A stretch of 64,000 nucleotides of DNA. Source: Amphiscolops sp. MND2022 (lineage: Eukaryota). Under the pieces are notes generated by a model. The model made no database searches. It was not told the origin of the DNA and saw only the letters and a program-made list of their open reading frames with translations. Positions 40,001-49,689 of the stretch are shown here, piece by piece. Location of the stretch: NCBI GenBank assembly GCA_964187785.1, contig OZ076409.1, forward strand, positions 87,980,001-88,044,000, given 5' to 3'. The translations under genes and the position numbers were made by a program. Within the stretch, counting starts at the first letter, position 1. Every line of letters begins with the position of its first letter.

Positions 40001-43000
40001 ACGGCTGATAGAATTGAGAAAATGCTTTCTTGCTCTGATGAAGAAATAGCCAGAACATCCATGGCAGAAATGAGTCGCTGGAAATCTTGACCGTCGTCTT
40101 TGCTAACACAAATGGCATTTCGTCCACCCTAAAACCAACGGAACGAGCCAATAACAATTCATCAGGTACGAAACGTATAACTTCAAGCTCAGAATCACAA
40201 CATTACGACGCATAACCCTACACTTTTTGAAAACTGCGGAATTGACTGCTAACCGCAGGTAGCACCTACCAGACCTGGAATCCGCTGTTTAAAATGACGG
40301 ATTTCAAAGACACACTTTATAACACGTGCAGCGGAATCAGCTTGCAATTTTTTTCTGGATTCCGGGGACAAATGAACTGGCATATTCCGGGGACAGTATT
40401 CTTTGAAAGAAACCATGAAACGGATAGTTACAGATCTGCTTTGATTATCTCAAACGACTTCAATGCCAATAAAACCACCAAAGATTAATGCTTGATGAGA
40501 AAAATTTAAAAATATTGAAGAAGGCTTAAGCGGCTGTAGATCGACACACGGTCATGATAAAGCCCACTATAAGTGCCAAAATCCACGAGAGGGGGGGGGG
40601 GCTGCCTTAACTTTGACAAACCTTCGGGTGCAACTAATCATGTATTCAAATATTTCCGACGATCGATGAAATTGTGATCTCTGCAAAGAACTTCATCATT
40701 CAAAGAAACTATTGAGTCTGTTGCAACATTGAAATATAAGAACAGAATGGTTTGAATTTGAGAAACGATTTTAGTGTGAACTACGGCGAAACGAGGTATT
40801 CCGGTTGTATTTCATTCCACAAGGTCGTAAAAACAAGGAGAAAAAAACCTCGTTTTTAGTCGGCGCTTCATGAAGTGAAACGCGACTATTATAGTGACTC
40901 TTTTTTTTTCTATCCACACGAACTGACCAAAATAGTTCTACAAAAGTTCTACAAAATATTATTGCATCAAAATGCACTATTTGGTCTAGCGAACTGAACC
41001 AAAAAGGTTTTTCCTGTTTTTCCGCGTAACATACCATACCGGGCGAGACCAAAGACTCCCCCCTTTCATTTTTTTCGGCACTGCGAGACTTTTTTTTCGA
41101 AAAAAAATTTTTTCCCCAAAGGGTCCCCCTGCATTTTTTTGATGTTTTGCGACAGAATGGATGTTGAAAAATCCCAAAGGGTCCCCCCTTTCAGTTTTTT
41201 TCGGCATTGTGAGATTTTTTACCGAAAATGAAAATTTTTGTTTTCTTCAATTTTTTCATGTTTTGCGACAGAATGGATGTTGAAAAACCACAAAGGGTCC
41301 CCCCTTTCAGTTTTTCGGCATTGTGAGACTTTAGCGCGCCAGGGGCTCGCGCTAGCGAGCCCCGGCGCGCCACTCGGTCCAGTTTTTTGAGTATAAAAAT
41401 TTTTTCGAAAATTTTTTTTTCAAAAAATTTCGATTTTCGAGTACTGTAAAAGAGTACTTGACACTTGGAAGTCTTTTTGCTATTTTTGAGCCTTGGATAT
41501 GGCGCCGACTTGGGCCGGTCCCGGCTTGTTGTATCAAACGATGAATTCAACACAATTTCTAACAATGGCTAAAACCGCGATTCAAAAGTATGGTTATAAC
41601 AAACGGTTGTTTCCTCCAACAAGATGCCCCAGGAAGTATAGGATCTCTTTTTGGGAACAAACAAATAAATGAAACTTTCTATTCACATATCACAATCACA
41701 CTGCTGGCTAGGATATACTAGACAAAACACAGGAGGAGTCCCTAGTTTTCGGAAATCACAAATTTTGCAAAATTCTGCCTAAATTCTTACCAATGATGCA
41801 TTTTTTACAAGAATCTTACAAGTTTGTACAAAAATCGCAAATTTTGCAAATTTGTTAAATGTTGAACATCTCTTACAAGAATCTGATAACATTTTAACAA
41901 AATTTGCATCTATTCGTAAGAAATTTTTTACAAAAAATTTCATGTTATTTCGACCAAAAATTCAATAATTACCAGCAACAACAGCCACATTTACCTTTTA
42001 CAATGCACAGACTGCCCCAGGGTTCCAGTAAAAAGGTCAAAATGAATAATTTTGACCAAGAAAAATTTACATGCAATTTTACCCCAAAAAGTTACTATAA
42101 CGTAATCCGGTAACCCACCACAAAACAATAATGCATTAATTTACACCAATGCAAAACCAGCACACCCTTATTTGTATAGCAGCTTAAACTACGACTCAAT
42201 GGGTGACTCTGCATCAAAAATCATCTCAAGCGACGCACTGAATGCTGGAAACGAGCAAGAAAATTGAAAAAACCACATCGGAAATGTTAGTCTGAGAACT
42301 ATAAGTCCGCAGCTCCAAGAAGCTATTACTGTTGCGAACCAAATGCATCGATCGTATTACGCTTCTAAATTCTCTCAATACTGGTCGATACGTCCTTCCT
42401 GAAGAACGTAGCCGTATTCGCAATGCTATTGAAGCATTATATTAAAATGAATTAGAGTCGAGTGATGCAAATTTTGTGAGAGTTTTGTAAAATTTATGCA
42501 TTTTTTGTACCATTTTCAGCTGAAATATGCAAATTTTGCAAGAATCTTGTAAGAGTTAGTGTCAAATAATGCATTTTCTTACAAGAGTTTTTGTAAGAAT
42601 TTTGCAAAAGATGTGATTTTTTTCAACTAGGGGTTACTCACCTGGTTCAAGTAATGAAAGTAGTTTGAATTGGATAATCCAAATTTCGCTCTCTGGGCAT
42701 CACTCATTCCAGAGAGCATCTCATAGAACACGTGATAATTCCTTTCATTTGTGGCTTGGTAGACAATCCTTGATTTCTCCAGCAGATATTCCTTCATTTG
42801 AGCCCCAACAATTGAGTTGCTTAAAAACATGGAAGACCTGAATTTACTAATATTGGTCGGGAACAGAGATGTCATGAGTCAATCAATCGCTAAGATTGAA
42901 ACTATATACAGCCAACTCCGGATCATTCGGATCTTCGTTTAATTCGTATGTAACGTGTGTACCTTCACTTACATTTCGAGCCGACCGAAGTAATATCATC

Positions 43001-46000
43001 CGGTTAATTCGTTTTTTTTTTAATATTCGTACTATTTTATTCAGTCCCAAATGGTTAAGGGGGATTCAACTGTACTTACTCAGCCATTCGGATCTCCATG
43101 AACTTTCCAAACCTCGAGGAGTTGTCATTTCTGAGGGTTTTTGCATTGCCGAAGCTTTCTAACAACGGACTGCTTTCGAGAAGCTAAAAATTATCAGCAG
43201 GTCAACAAAAATTCAACTATATTCAAGTTTTTAAGAGCCAAAGCAGAGTTTTGACACCGCTAATCAGCGATTTTGCGAAATAGCAGTCGCGCAGAATTTT
43301 TCAGCGATTCAAATTAGCGACAACTAATAGATTGTCCGAATTCAAAATTTTCCGAAAAATACACGGAGTTTCAAAATGTATTTCGGAAAATTCCAACTCT
43401 TCATCTGTAACATTTCTAGTTTTTCTTGCAAAAAATGAATTAATTTATCGTGAATATATATTTATTAATTTATTCTTGAACTCAAACATTGGATAGTTTG
43501 AAGACAAACTATCAGCGAAACTTTTTCAGCGAGATAGCGGTTTTAAAATTAATTACTGCTGTAGCGATCAGCGAAAAAAAATTAGCGATGTCAAAACTCT
43601 GGTGCAAAGTGTGATATAACCTGGTCTGATATAATCTTGCTGCTACCAACGGAGTCTTGGTTAGAGACACTGGTCAAGTATTGAAGAATCAATTTCGTGC
43701 TCTCTGTCTTACCAGCTCCACTCTCTCCACTGTAAAACAACACTTTTTTTGCAACATTTGAGAAATACAAGAGAGCAAGGGAGAAATCTCCAAATAACAT
43801 TTACAACTTGTAAGTGAAGAAGCGCATGTAAGACGACAATTTGAGTATGAAATTTTCTTTCTGTGGTACTTTCAAATTTGCCTTTCAGATGTAAAAAGGT
43901 CAAAAAGAAAATAAAGAAGACGATTTTCAGCGACAATAGAAACAAAATCATCAGTTCTACCTTCATAGGGGTTCGCTTATTTTCAAACAGCCTCAAACAC
44001 AAGAAAGCATTAAATATTTAAAGTCTTCTTCATGCCTTCAATACGAACTGTACTTATGCCATTTACCAGGGGGTAAAAATACTGAAATTGGCAACGTAAC
44101 TCACCTGACAACTATAACTTGATCTTCCTTCTTCAGATTGATGTTCACAAAAGCCTCGTTCGCTAGAGCATATAGGTGACTAAAAAGATGTTGAGTGTAT
44201 TCAGTATTCCGATGTACGCTGTTATTTGATGAAGACTTGAATGATGGAAAACTCACGGAGATTCCTGGCCCAGAATTCTTTCTCGGTACTTCTCAATTGC
44301 TCTGTTTCCGTAGAGGTCTTTGATGAGTTTATAAGGGTTCACAGAAAGCAAGATACTTCCAATATACGTCTGTCAACACACACACACACAAATTGATTGA
44401 AAATGCACATCGATTTGTATCAGAAAAATATCAGAAAATTGAGATACATAGTTTTTAAACCAACCTTACGGGCTCAGTATAATTTATGCAACTACAGCAA
44501 GCCGGGAACGGCCAACCTCGGCGCTATATCTAAGGCTCAAAATTGTAGCCCCTTTGGGCTTTATGAAACTCGTTGGTTGCAAAATATGAAAAAAATTGAA
44601 GGGGGACCATTGGGAGATTTTGAAAAATTTCCGAAAAAAAATTAAAATGAGATTTTTTAACGGTGTCACAGTGCCGAAAAATGTAAAAGGGGGGACCCTT
44701 TGGGATTTTTTGACATCATTGTGTTGCAAAATATCGAAACAAACGAAGGGAAGACCCTTTGGTACAATCCAAAAAATTTCAAAAGAAATCGCATAGTGCC
44801 GAATAAAATCCGAGTGAAGAACACCAAGGGGATCCTTAGTATGTTTTCGAGGTTCTGGACGTAGATGCGTTTGTTTTGGACGAGGTTCTGGCGTTTCGAG
44901 TATGTTTTTGACGTCCGTAGTTCAAGTTGATGTTGTTGAACAAATGAACATAAAAGTGGACCGTACGCGTCTAAAAAAACTACCCACTGTAATAGTCGGG
45001 CTCATTTTCTACTAAAATGCGCCGACTAAAAACGCTTGATGAAATCCAAAAACTTCATCATTTCTACGTAAGTTTTGTATAGAAGTCAACAATAAACAAA
45101 TATGAAATGCAGAACAATTTTAACAAAAATTATACACTTACATAAATCTGATCATGCTCAAATCGATACATAATGTTCTGAAGTATGGCCCCGAGGTGTA
45201 GCTCTTTCAGTTGTACCATATCCGTGACCCCATGTGGCTCTGGGAGTTTCTCCCTTGATGATAACACAATTTTCCCAGGAATTTGGATTCTCTAGAACAC
45301 AGCACTTTGTTATGCCTAATTAGCGTTAATCTTAAAAAAGTCTCAAAATTAAAGAAAACACCGAAACTGACAAAACTTAATAAAGGAATTACTGGCACGG
45401 TTCTGAGAACAAAATGCTTTATAGCACATGCATTTGTGTTAATTGTGTTTGGCCGACAAGTTCGCGGAGCTCAAAAACTAATTTAGGGGCACTATCAATT
45501 CACCCCACGTTGATTTCACCGAAGCGTTTTAGACAGTTGAAGAGGAGTAAAATAAAACGTGTGCATGTTTGCGCCTTGTATATATTTATCTAGAGTTGGG
45601 CTATTTTAGTAGGCCCTTTATGAAATAAAACGAACTTTGAAGTACTTATCGCTTTTCAGCATTGCCGTTCCCGCCTCGATACGAGAAATGAATAAAAAAA
45701 AAGAATAAAAGAAATGAAAATCGAATATCATAAAGATGACAACAAATTAGTTCACAAGGATGTTGCGGTGGGAAAAATTAACCCTTTTTCAAAAATTCAT
45801 TTCGACTTTTTAGACCGAAGGGTCCCATCGTCAACACAAGAACTTCGAAGAAGTTTTAGTTGCACAATGCTCGCCAAGGAAAGACTCCGCGTCAGCACCC
45901 CGCGTAAGAATTCAAAACAGCAAAACACTGTTTTTATTAAAATTCCGATGAATCTCAGTGCCAGGAAATATCCGAAAGTGGGCCTACTGAGTTTAAAAGT

Positions 46001-46461
46001 ACTTTTTCCTAATTGAAAATGTCATAAAAAACCAAAACGGAGAATCAAAATCACAGTGTTAAAAAGCCCAAATTTTTTCAGGTACTTTTTGGTTTCAGAC
46101 AGATTTCATTGAAGTGAAAACATAAAATAAATCTTCAAGGCCCTTCGAATTCTTTGGGGTACCTTTTAGATGTTATGCTGAAAGACTAAAAACCGTATTT
46201 ACAGATACATTCTGTACTCTGAAAAAAATCGACTGTAACACAAAATGCGATGCAGGATTAAAAATACCTCATTTGTATCTTCGTTGAGTATCACCTTCAC
46301 CAAAGGATTCCGTCGCACTTGCACAACAATGCCTGGTGACAAAAACCCCAAGCCGGAGTCGAACCAGACCAGATCTCCCTGAAAAAATTTCAACATTCAA
46401 TATATTTTAAGCATCCACGGAATCAAAAGGTCATAAAGGTGATCAAACTAACCTGTTGCAT
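4064..46461 (-). CDS. MYO15: Unconventional myosin XV-like (motor, 3 IQ, MyTH4, tail); multi-exon, 3' part continues beyond the left edge of the window
   Basis: Phase-consistent exons traced manually: 46453-46461, 46268-46378 (GDLVWFD), 45142-45291, 44257-44369, 44105-44179, 43621-43729 (P-loop GESGAGKT), 43080-43183 (switch [10 protein letters not shown]), 42642-42819, 39856-40128, 37600-37878 (switch II DIFGFE), 36734-36865, 35766-35969, 34208-34480, 33638-33898, 29019-29194 (IQ1-2), 27722-27850 (IQ3), 26501-26619, 25876-26015, 11388-11659 and 10578-10880 (MyTH4; [20 protein letters not shown]), 9300-9554, 8463-8914, 6052-6186, 4064-4370. All introns are GT-AG except 26620-27721 (predicted GC-AG). 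The N-terminal GDLVWFD motif and MyTH4 shortly after the IQs match class XV myosins. Confidence 0.9.
4625..5205 (+). mobile_element. HINE-family element
   Basis: TTTGTAGTCGGCAC...GCGCCGACTTTGGCCTTTCTCGGCTTGT. Confidence 0.78.
6736..7694. mobile_element. Possible Tc1/mariner-type MITE
   Basis: TA-CAGCAG ... CTGCTG-TA ends; only a short TIR is visible. Confidence 0.35.
9622..9833 (+). mobile_element. Minimal 210-bp HINE with tRNA B-box-like core
   Basis: Both HINE termini present; internal GGTTCGAGTCCC. Confidence 0.75.
10578..11659 (-). CDS. MYO15: MyTH4-domain exons of the myosin XV-like gene
   Basis: [12 protein letters not shown]...[17 protein letters not shown]...YLLKYVSDH; two exons joined in phase 2 by a GT-AG intron. 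Confidence 0.9.
11000..11360 (+). mobile_element. hAT-like MITE (same family)
   Basis: CAGAGTTTTGACA...TGTCAAAACTCTG TIRs with internal TAGCG repeats; no clear TSD. Confidence 0.8.
12175..12564 (-). repeat. 3' LTR
   Basis: Direct repeat of 25413-25802, preceded on the minus strand by the short purine-rich GCGGGTAG. Confidence 0.97.
13375..15588 (-). CDS. env: Envelope / class I (F-type) fusion glycoprotein
   Basis: 737 aa; N-terminal hydrophobic signal, furin site RSKR followed by hydrophobic Gly-rich [18 protein letters not shown] fusion peptide, heptad-like region, Cys-rich ectodomain, [24 protein letters not shown] and cytoplasmic tail; lies upstream of the 3' LTR. Confidence 0.9.
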   Translation of the reverse strand: MTVFLIFLLLHSMHCLFSAPVPFDGTDGDLKKGIIFHEDKKILLAEKFINIQFLLPFPQFDIFIKDELRNITNTLHSMWKMPTFFCNLQFTNVSMEDFQVHWLVNEVQKEVSLAETAIINLRKEVASLLSPPIQSPSSNRSKRALPLAPIALGAIGLFGSGVAMGSGDCGLMGILGNCQARENKEAINRMFTAQSQLFENFEHLRTVTNDKFYIVSRELQSIYDVQNQMAEIQNANWHLISEQLETFRQDIHEMSNCDQLLFTRQQINFNFDTVASLLALFYSNIKAYSAALFAYRLNLLNSVPALLNKYVPMSLLTRDSLERVLQKVGDIQFNSDDRLTLAIPFNDLMSYYDAQLFQDVVTLEKGLFLTMSIPLASKQTVITIYQAIPIPMPQPDEDIALLWDIESEYLAVSADARETALLSHRDIGHCIGSARYSICRQGIATEGLYSSCLSLLFFGNLVQAMQVCNVKPYQLPTTERAINLRYGIWLIVSASPNFQLRRSQMTSMQPAHSSTVDGCKICIVTLGCGEQLSGPNLHLRSDLDSCSLLPAVTVNVLLPDPLAAVLSTLPSVAELPFYNTKTSAAIDLLKSIKHDIKYINNPSRANDSLFALAQPIAAKMVQMKSPFLREINKASTFTTTLLIGVCSFLISMILHALLTLLLHRCKSLHRFKPFSFFDTENKEKVSLKPVLSAPLEKIDYFRTHKDNHWRDKCIYLPEETVTNMHMNSSMYASPSFM
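16203..16460 (+). CDS. Small antisense predicted membrane protein (85 aa)
   Basis: GC-richer than its flanks; Cys-containing N-terminus, hydrophobic [19 protein letters not shown] segment and basic tail KRWRARRA. Confidence 0.5.
   Translation: MSCLTAKFKEFVLLSCPEGTYVRRGGRLLSFIAEWHPDCPTRRRSPVSAGQTEALATGWVVVGLCVAAMAAVGWLLVKRWRARRA
16678..18158 (+). CDS. Antisense spliced gene inside the retroelement: integrase-type H2C2 zinc domain plus OTU-like cysteine protease (about 374 aa)
   Basis: Exons 16678-17033, 17161-17429, 17528-17733, 17774-17973, 18065-18158 joined by GT-AG introns (GTGAGT, GTCAGT, GTAGGT, GTAAGT donors) give one open frame. Motifs: [46 protein letters not shown]. The exon 3 donor and last acceptor have alternatives. 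Confidence 0.72.
18937..23979 (-). pseudogene. pol: Pol polyprotein (protease, RT, RNase H, integrase, long P/S-rich tail) with two in-frame TAA stops
   Basis: ORFs 23272-24048, 22093-23169 and 18937-21951 are all in one frame, separated by single TAA codons at 23272-23274 and 22093-22095. Motifs: LIDTGA, YVDD, VILTDAS, H..H..CSSC, IDLVG/SDMG/IER. Confidence 0.93.
23970..25157 (-). CDS. gag: Gag (capsid-like N-terminus, N/Q-rich region, one CCHC zinc knuckle)
   Basis: 395-aa ORF after the [17 protein letters not shown] knuckle; ends at slippery AAAAAAC-TAG. Confidence 0.93.
   Translation of the reverse strand: MAAIQPFVNLQPFKGTEKENLEEFIRQLESCMHVAGIANADRHRYLHLHLKGGALSFFDQQPDATRNDYDVAIPALRERYLNDQRVQLQKLLFQARKMKTSDESAQDFLTDLQRLAIEAYPDVAARAAAGGRPAVVAEDRAQERNRSIKEAFINGMPTQIKRFLLTQPDETTVEDVCSKAASRMIVDRLYPEDDDSAFNEISSCSTKDLLAGIHELSKAQDTLKQETSKLSTEMKQMIESLTPVLNNQNQQQNNRNFNQRGNNNNNQQRPNNQKNNQNKNQNWQNRNQNWKNRNQNNQPRNNNNNNNNQYARSGRIHCNICNRFGHPPSKCWFRNPPGGPAALPYNQMTTQAFQYQNMQPPMMQQSQQQVWQPYTMSSPWSNPYGATQNNQNQKN
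25401..25412 (-). promoter_or_regulatory. Primer-binding site TGGTGACAGGAG (tRNA-Leu-like)
   Basis: Begins with TGG immediately after the 5' LTR; one mismatch from the complement of a typical tRNA-Leu 3' end (TGGTGTCAGGAG). Confidence 0.7.
25413..25802 (-). repeat. 5' LTR
   Basis: 390 bp, TGTCATGAC...GTCATCACA; 3 substitutions relative to 12175-12564. Confidence 0.97.
26627..27720 (-). mobile_element. hAT-like MITE inserted in a myosin exon, with nested HINEs
   Basis: TIRs CAG(A/G)GTTTTGACA; perfect 8-bp TSD CCTGATGG at 26619-26626 and 27721-27728; myosin reading frame is continuous across the TSD. Confidence 0.9.
26770..27675 (+). mobile_element. Tandem HINE copies nested in the exon-inserted MITE
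   Basis: Duplicated 5' ends (TTTTAGTCGGCGC), a 3' end at about 27314 and a second partial unit. Confidence 0.75.
30380..32005 (+). pseudogene. Decayed non-LTR retrotransposon (LINE) RT
   Basis: Frameshifted motifs [26 protein letters not shown]. Confidence 0.8.
32875..33412 (-). mobile_element. HINE-family element
   Basis: ACAAGCCGGGAACGGCCCAAGTCGGCGCC ... GCGCCGACTAAAAA. Confidence 0.8.
33638..46461 (-). CDS. MYO15: Myosin motor-domain exons (exons 1-14 of the myosin XV-like gene)
   Basis: [110 protein letters not shown]. Confidence 0.95.
34697..35420 (-). mobile_element. HINE-family element
   Basis: Same termini as the other copies. Confidence 0.8.
37155..37575 (+). mobile_element. HINE-family element
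   Basis: Same termini as the other copies. Confidence 0.8.
37904..38782. mobile_element. Second MITE family with CCGG-rich subterminal repeats and 8-bp TSD
   Basis: TSD CAATTAAC at 37896-37903 and 38783-38790; related partial copy begins at about 27862. Confidence 0.6.
40853..41529 (+). mobile_element. HINE-family element with an internal GC-rich palindrome
   Basis: Same termini; reverse-complement homolog of 56-632; hairpin at about 41334-41371. Confidence 0.8.
41740..42632. mobile_element. MITE with CCCTAGTT...AACTAGGG termini
   Basis: Inverted ends CCCTAGTT..AAATCACA / TGTGATTT..AACTAGGG with internal TCTTACAAG/CTTGTAAGA repeats. Confidence 0.55.
43244..43601 (+). mobile_element. hAT-like MITE (same family)
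   Basis: Same TIRs; degenerate flanks AGCCAAAG / GTGCAAAG. Confidence 0.8.
44497..45032 (-). mobile_element. HINE-family element
   Basis: Same termini; similar to 4625-5205 and 34697-35420. Confidence 0.8.
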
Positions 46462-46826
46462 GACGCCTAGTTGCTCAATCTCACTTCGGACGGTTTCATC
46501 GACTTCGTTCTAGTGTTGGTTACAATGAAGTCAACATAAATCTGAAAAAAATAACATCGTGATGATAGAAATAGCAAAAACCGGACAATTATGATCCGAG
46601 CAAAGAAGAATGTGGAAGTCAGTAAACCAAACCAAAAAAAACACTGTATTGACCTTTGTTACTAAAATCATGAAAGATTCAGTAAAAAAGTAGATAATTG
46701 AAGTAGATAAAAAAGAATCTAAATTGATAATCCCTTCAACATATTTTACCGTAATCGGGTGTATTCACTTCTCTTTCAAGTTGTTTGAGGAAAAAAGCTT
46801 TGGTCTTGTTCTTTATAGTTGTATAT

Positions 46827-46982
46827 GAGTACGACTTAGTTTTCAAGTTTTTCGGCAAGGTGTTCCATAGAGGGAGGTATTCTTTAAAAAGCTATTTCTC
46901 ATGAAAGTACTACTCCCTCCCTTTATGGAACCGTCCCTTTATGGAACACCTTGCCGAAAAACTTGAAAACTAAGTCGTACTC
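46827..46982. repeat. Foldback element with a 43-bp perfect inverted repeat
   Basis: GAGTACGACTTAGTTTTCAAGTTTTTCGGCAAGGTGTTCCATA and its reverse complement about 70 bp apart. Confidence 0.85.
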
Positions 46983-46999
46983 TCACAGCGTCTAGTATA

Positions 47000-48900
47000 T
47001 ACAAGTATATCTGCTCTTTCAAGAAATCTGAGCTGAGCGGTTGATGGTTCATTTTCACCGATAAGAGCCGGGATCATTTTAATCTTCCATTTCCAAAAAT
47101 AAAGTACCGATTTCATGTTGAGCAAATATCGTACCGGTAGGATTTTATACTGTAATTTCAGATCTGAGGAATGATTGTATTTAGTGCGAAAAAAAATGCC
47201 TTAATAGCCCAGTTAAGCTGTTGCTCTAACGTGGTCATTAGATTCTCAGTAATTCCGATCAATAGAATAGCCGAGTACTGTAGATGACTAACTACCAATG
47301 CATTTAACAGCATCAATCGTGTTTAATCAGGAAAAAGATCTCGTATTGAGTATAGACATTTGATACCACAACTCATTTCCTGCAAAATGTTTTTTATTCA
47401 TCTTGAAATGTAAGATTCTGATCAAGGAAAATTCCCAGATATTTGACTGAGTTCGAATGTTTATTTATTTGATCTTTAACGTGCAATTTGTAACTTTTGA
47501 CATCGTTGTTTTTTGATGGTTTACAAGAAAGTATAAATTCGGTTTTGTCTGCATTGATTGTCAGCCGATGGTTTTCAAAAAAAGTATAAGTTGTTCAATA
47601 TCTTTCTCCAACTTGTGGAGAGCATGATTTTCATCTTAACCAAAACATAATATCATGGTATCGTCTGCATATTGTACCAATTTACATTGATTGGAGAGTC
47701 TTGAACAAGTTTTTTTTATCGTTCATTCGATTGTCCTGAATGTTGTCAAGAAACTGACTTTTTAGTGTTGTGTAGACTGTGTTGTTAGGTTCCATATTCG
47801 ATGTTATTCCATTATGAAGTCTTTTCGTTTCATTTTTTATCCATTTTTGACGTATGACTAAGTCACTTTTGTCGTTCCTGATGAATACTTTTTTTCGGAG
47901 CACACATTCGAAGCGCATTTTCAATAATGTCATTGAAAACAGAGAACATTTCTTCTGGGCAACTCGTACTATAAAAATTACTCCAGTTGCTTTCGGTTAC
48001 TAATTGACAGAAACTGTGTTTATCATAATTTGTTTTATTGTAGACTTCTTTGATAGTAACTTTTGATTTCTTTTTCATTTGAATCGACTTTATTGTTGAT
48101 GTTGCCCAGTGGTCTATTTCAGCGTTTTTCAATGTTCTTAGTGGTGTATCTGACACTATCGTTTCAAAACACTTAGATTTCGGGAGATCAGTAATGATAA
48201 AGTCAATCAATGATTGACTGTTTCCTTTTACCCGAGTTGGTTGCTCAGTATTCATAATCTGCCGACCTAATGGTAAAAGTATTGTTTCAAGAAATTCTTT
48301 CTCTTTGGGATTCAGATAATCTATGTTATAATCACCCATGAAGATAATCGGTCTGTTCTCTACAAAAGCTGAGTCAATGCTTGTAGATAATTCTTCCAAA
48401 AAGCTTTTTATTAAAGATTTATTCGGATTGTAACTGATATTAATCAATTGCTTCTTTTTGTTTGTTCCTTTATTAATATTACACTCGACCCATAAGCTTT
48501 CAAATGATTCCTTATTCAAATAATTTAGATCTTTACACTCTTTAGGGTTCGGAGATTTAGGTACAAAAGCATTACTCCACCTTTATTCTTACTGATCATT
48601 TTTCTATCGGATCGGAAAGTTTTGAAGTTGTCTTTATAAGGCTCCCAAAAAGTGGCTCCATTGTCACTTTTTAACCAGGTTTCAGATATTCTATAGACAG
48701 TGTTTATTCCAAAATCTTGCATCATTACTTCTAGTTGTCCCCTTTTTATTCACAATGCTTTGGCAATTTACATGAAAAAAATTTAGATTACAATCATTTT
48801 TTAAAAAATTTTTGTGACCTCCTTGTATATATTCAAGGGTCCAGGGTTTAGTTCAATGTCACCAGATTGTAGCATTATCAAATAGCTATAAAAAACACTT
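47000..48900 (-). pseudogene. Decayed, internally deleted LINE (APE endonuclease plus RT remnant)
   Basis: ISETWL, ESLWVEC, MGDYNID, PTRV..SLIDFI; QYADDT near 47660. Confidence 0.85.
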
Positions 48901-49689
48901 TGTTCATCCCAAAAGTATTTCCATCCCAAAAGTATTTCAACCCATAAGTTACTGTACGAAAAACATCGTTTGTTGGGGGTTAACTTTCATGTTTTTACAG
49001 TACAAGTGGAATGCGTCTGAGTCTCCATCTCTTGTGTATGCGGACATTCCAATTAGGAGAAGAAGGAAGGTAAGTAACCATAATTTAGTAGTCTAGAACC
49101 AGAAACGTAGTTCAAGTAACTCCCATTGATTAGAACTGTTTGTTAAAATCATACAGATAATTGTAAGTTTGCTGCGGATACCGGTATTGTCCATAAGAAT
49201 ATATATGTTGTCTTTTATGAGGGTATCTTGTCTGGCGGTACTGTCTTTGCTCGGACGGGAACCCATTCGATGTTGTAAGAAGAGCTGATAGTAGTGCATT
49301 TTTAAAGAAATGTAGCCCAATTTCATAATTGAAATGAATTTCATCAAAAAAAGTTCATTCATATTGGGGAAACTGCATAGTCTTGGCCACTGGTAGAAGG
49401 GGCATCTTTGCAAGAAGATAAAGCTAGGACTGTTGGTCGGATACTGTTCATTTTGATCAATTGCAGCATTAATCATACAAATTGAATCACGGGAAACATT
49501 TCTTCATTAACATGATTAACTAACCATGTTCGACAATAATTTAGTAACTATAAATGACATCCTTGAAACGTTGTATGAAAAAGCGGCAGTAATGCTATGA
49601 AAAGCAATGCAAAATTAAAATATAAATGATGACACAATACCCGATTCATGATTTGACTGGACTAATTGGATCGTTTGTTTGAACGCTTT

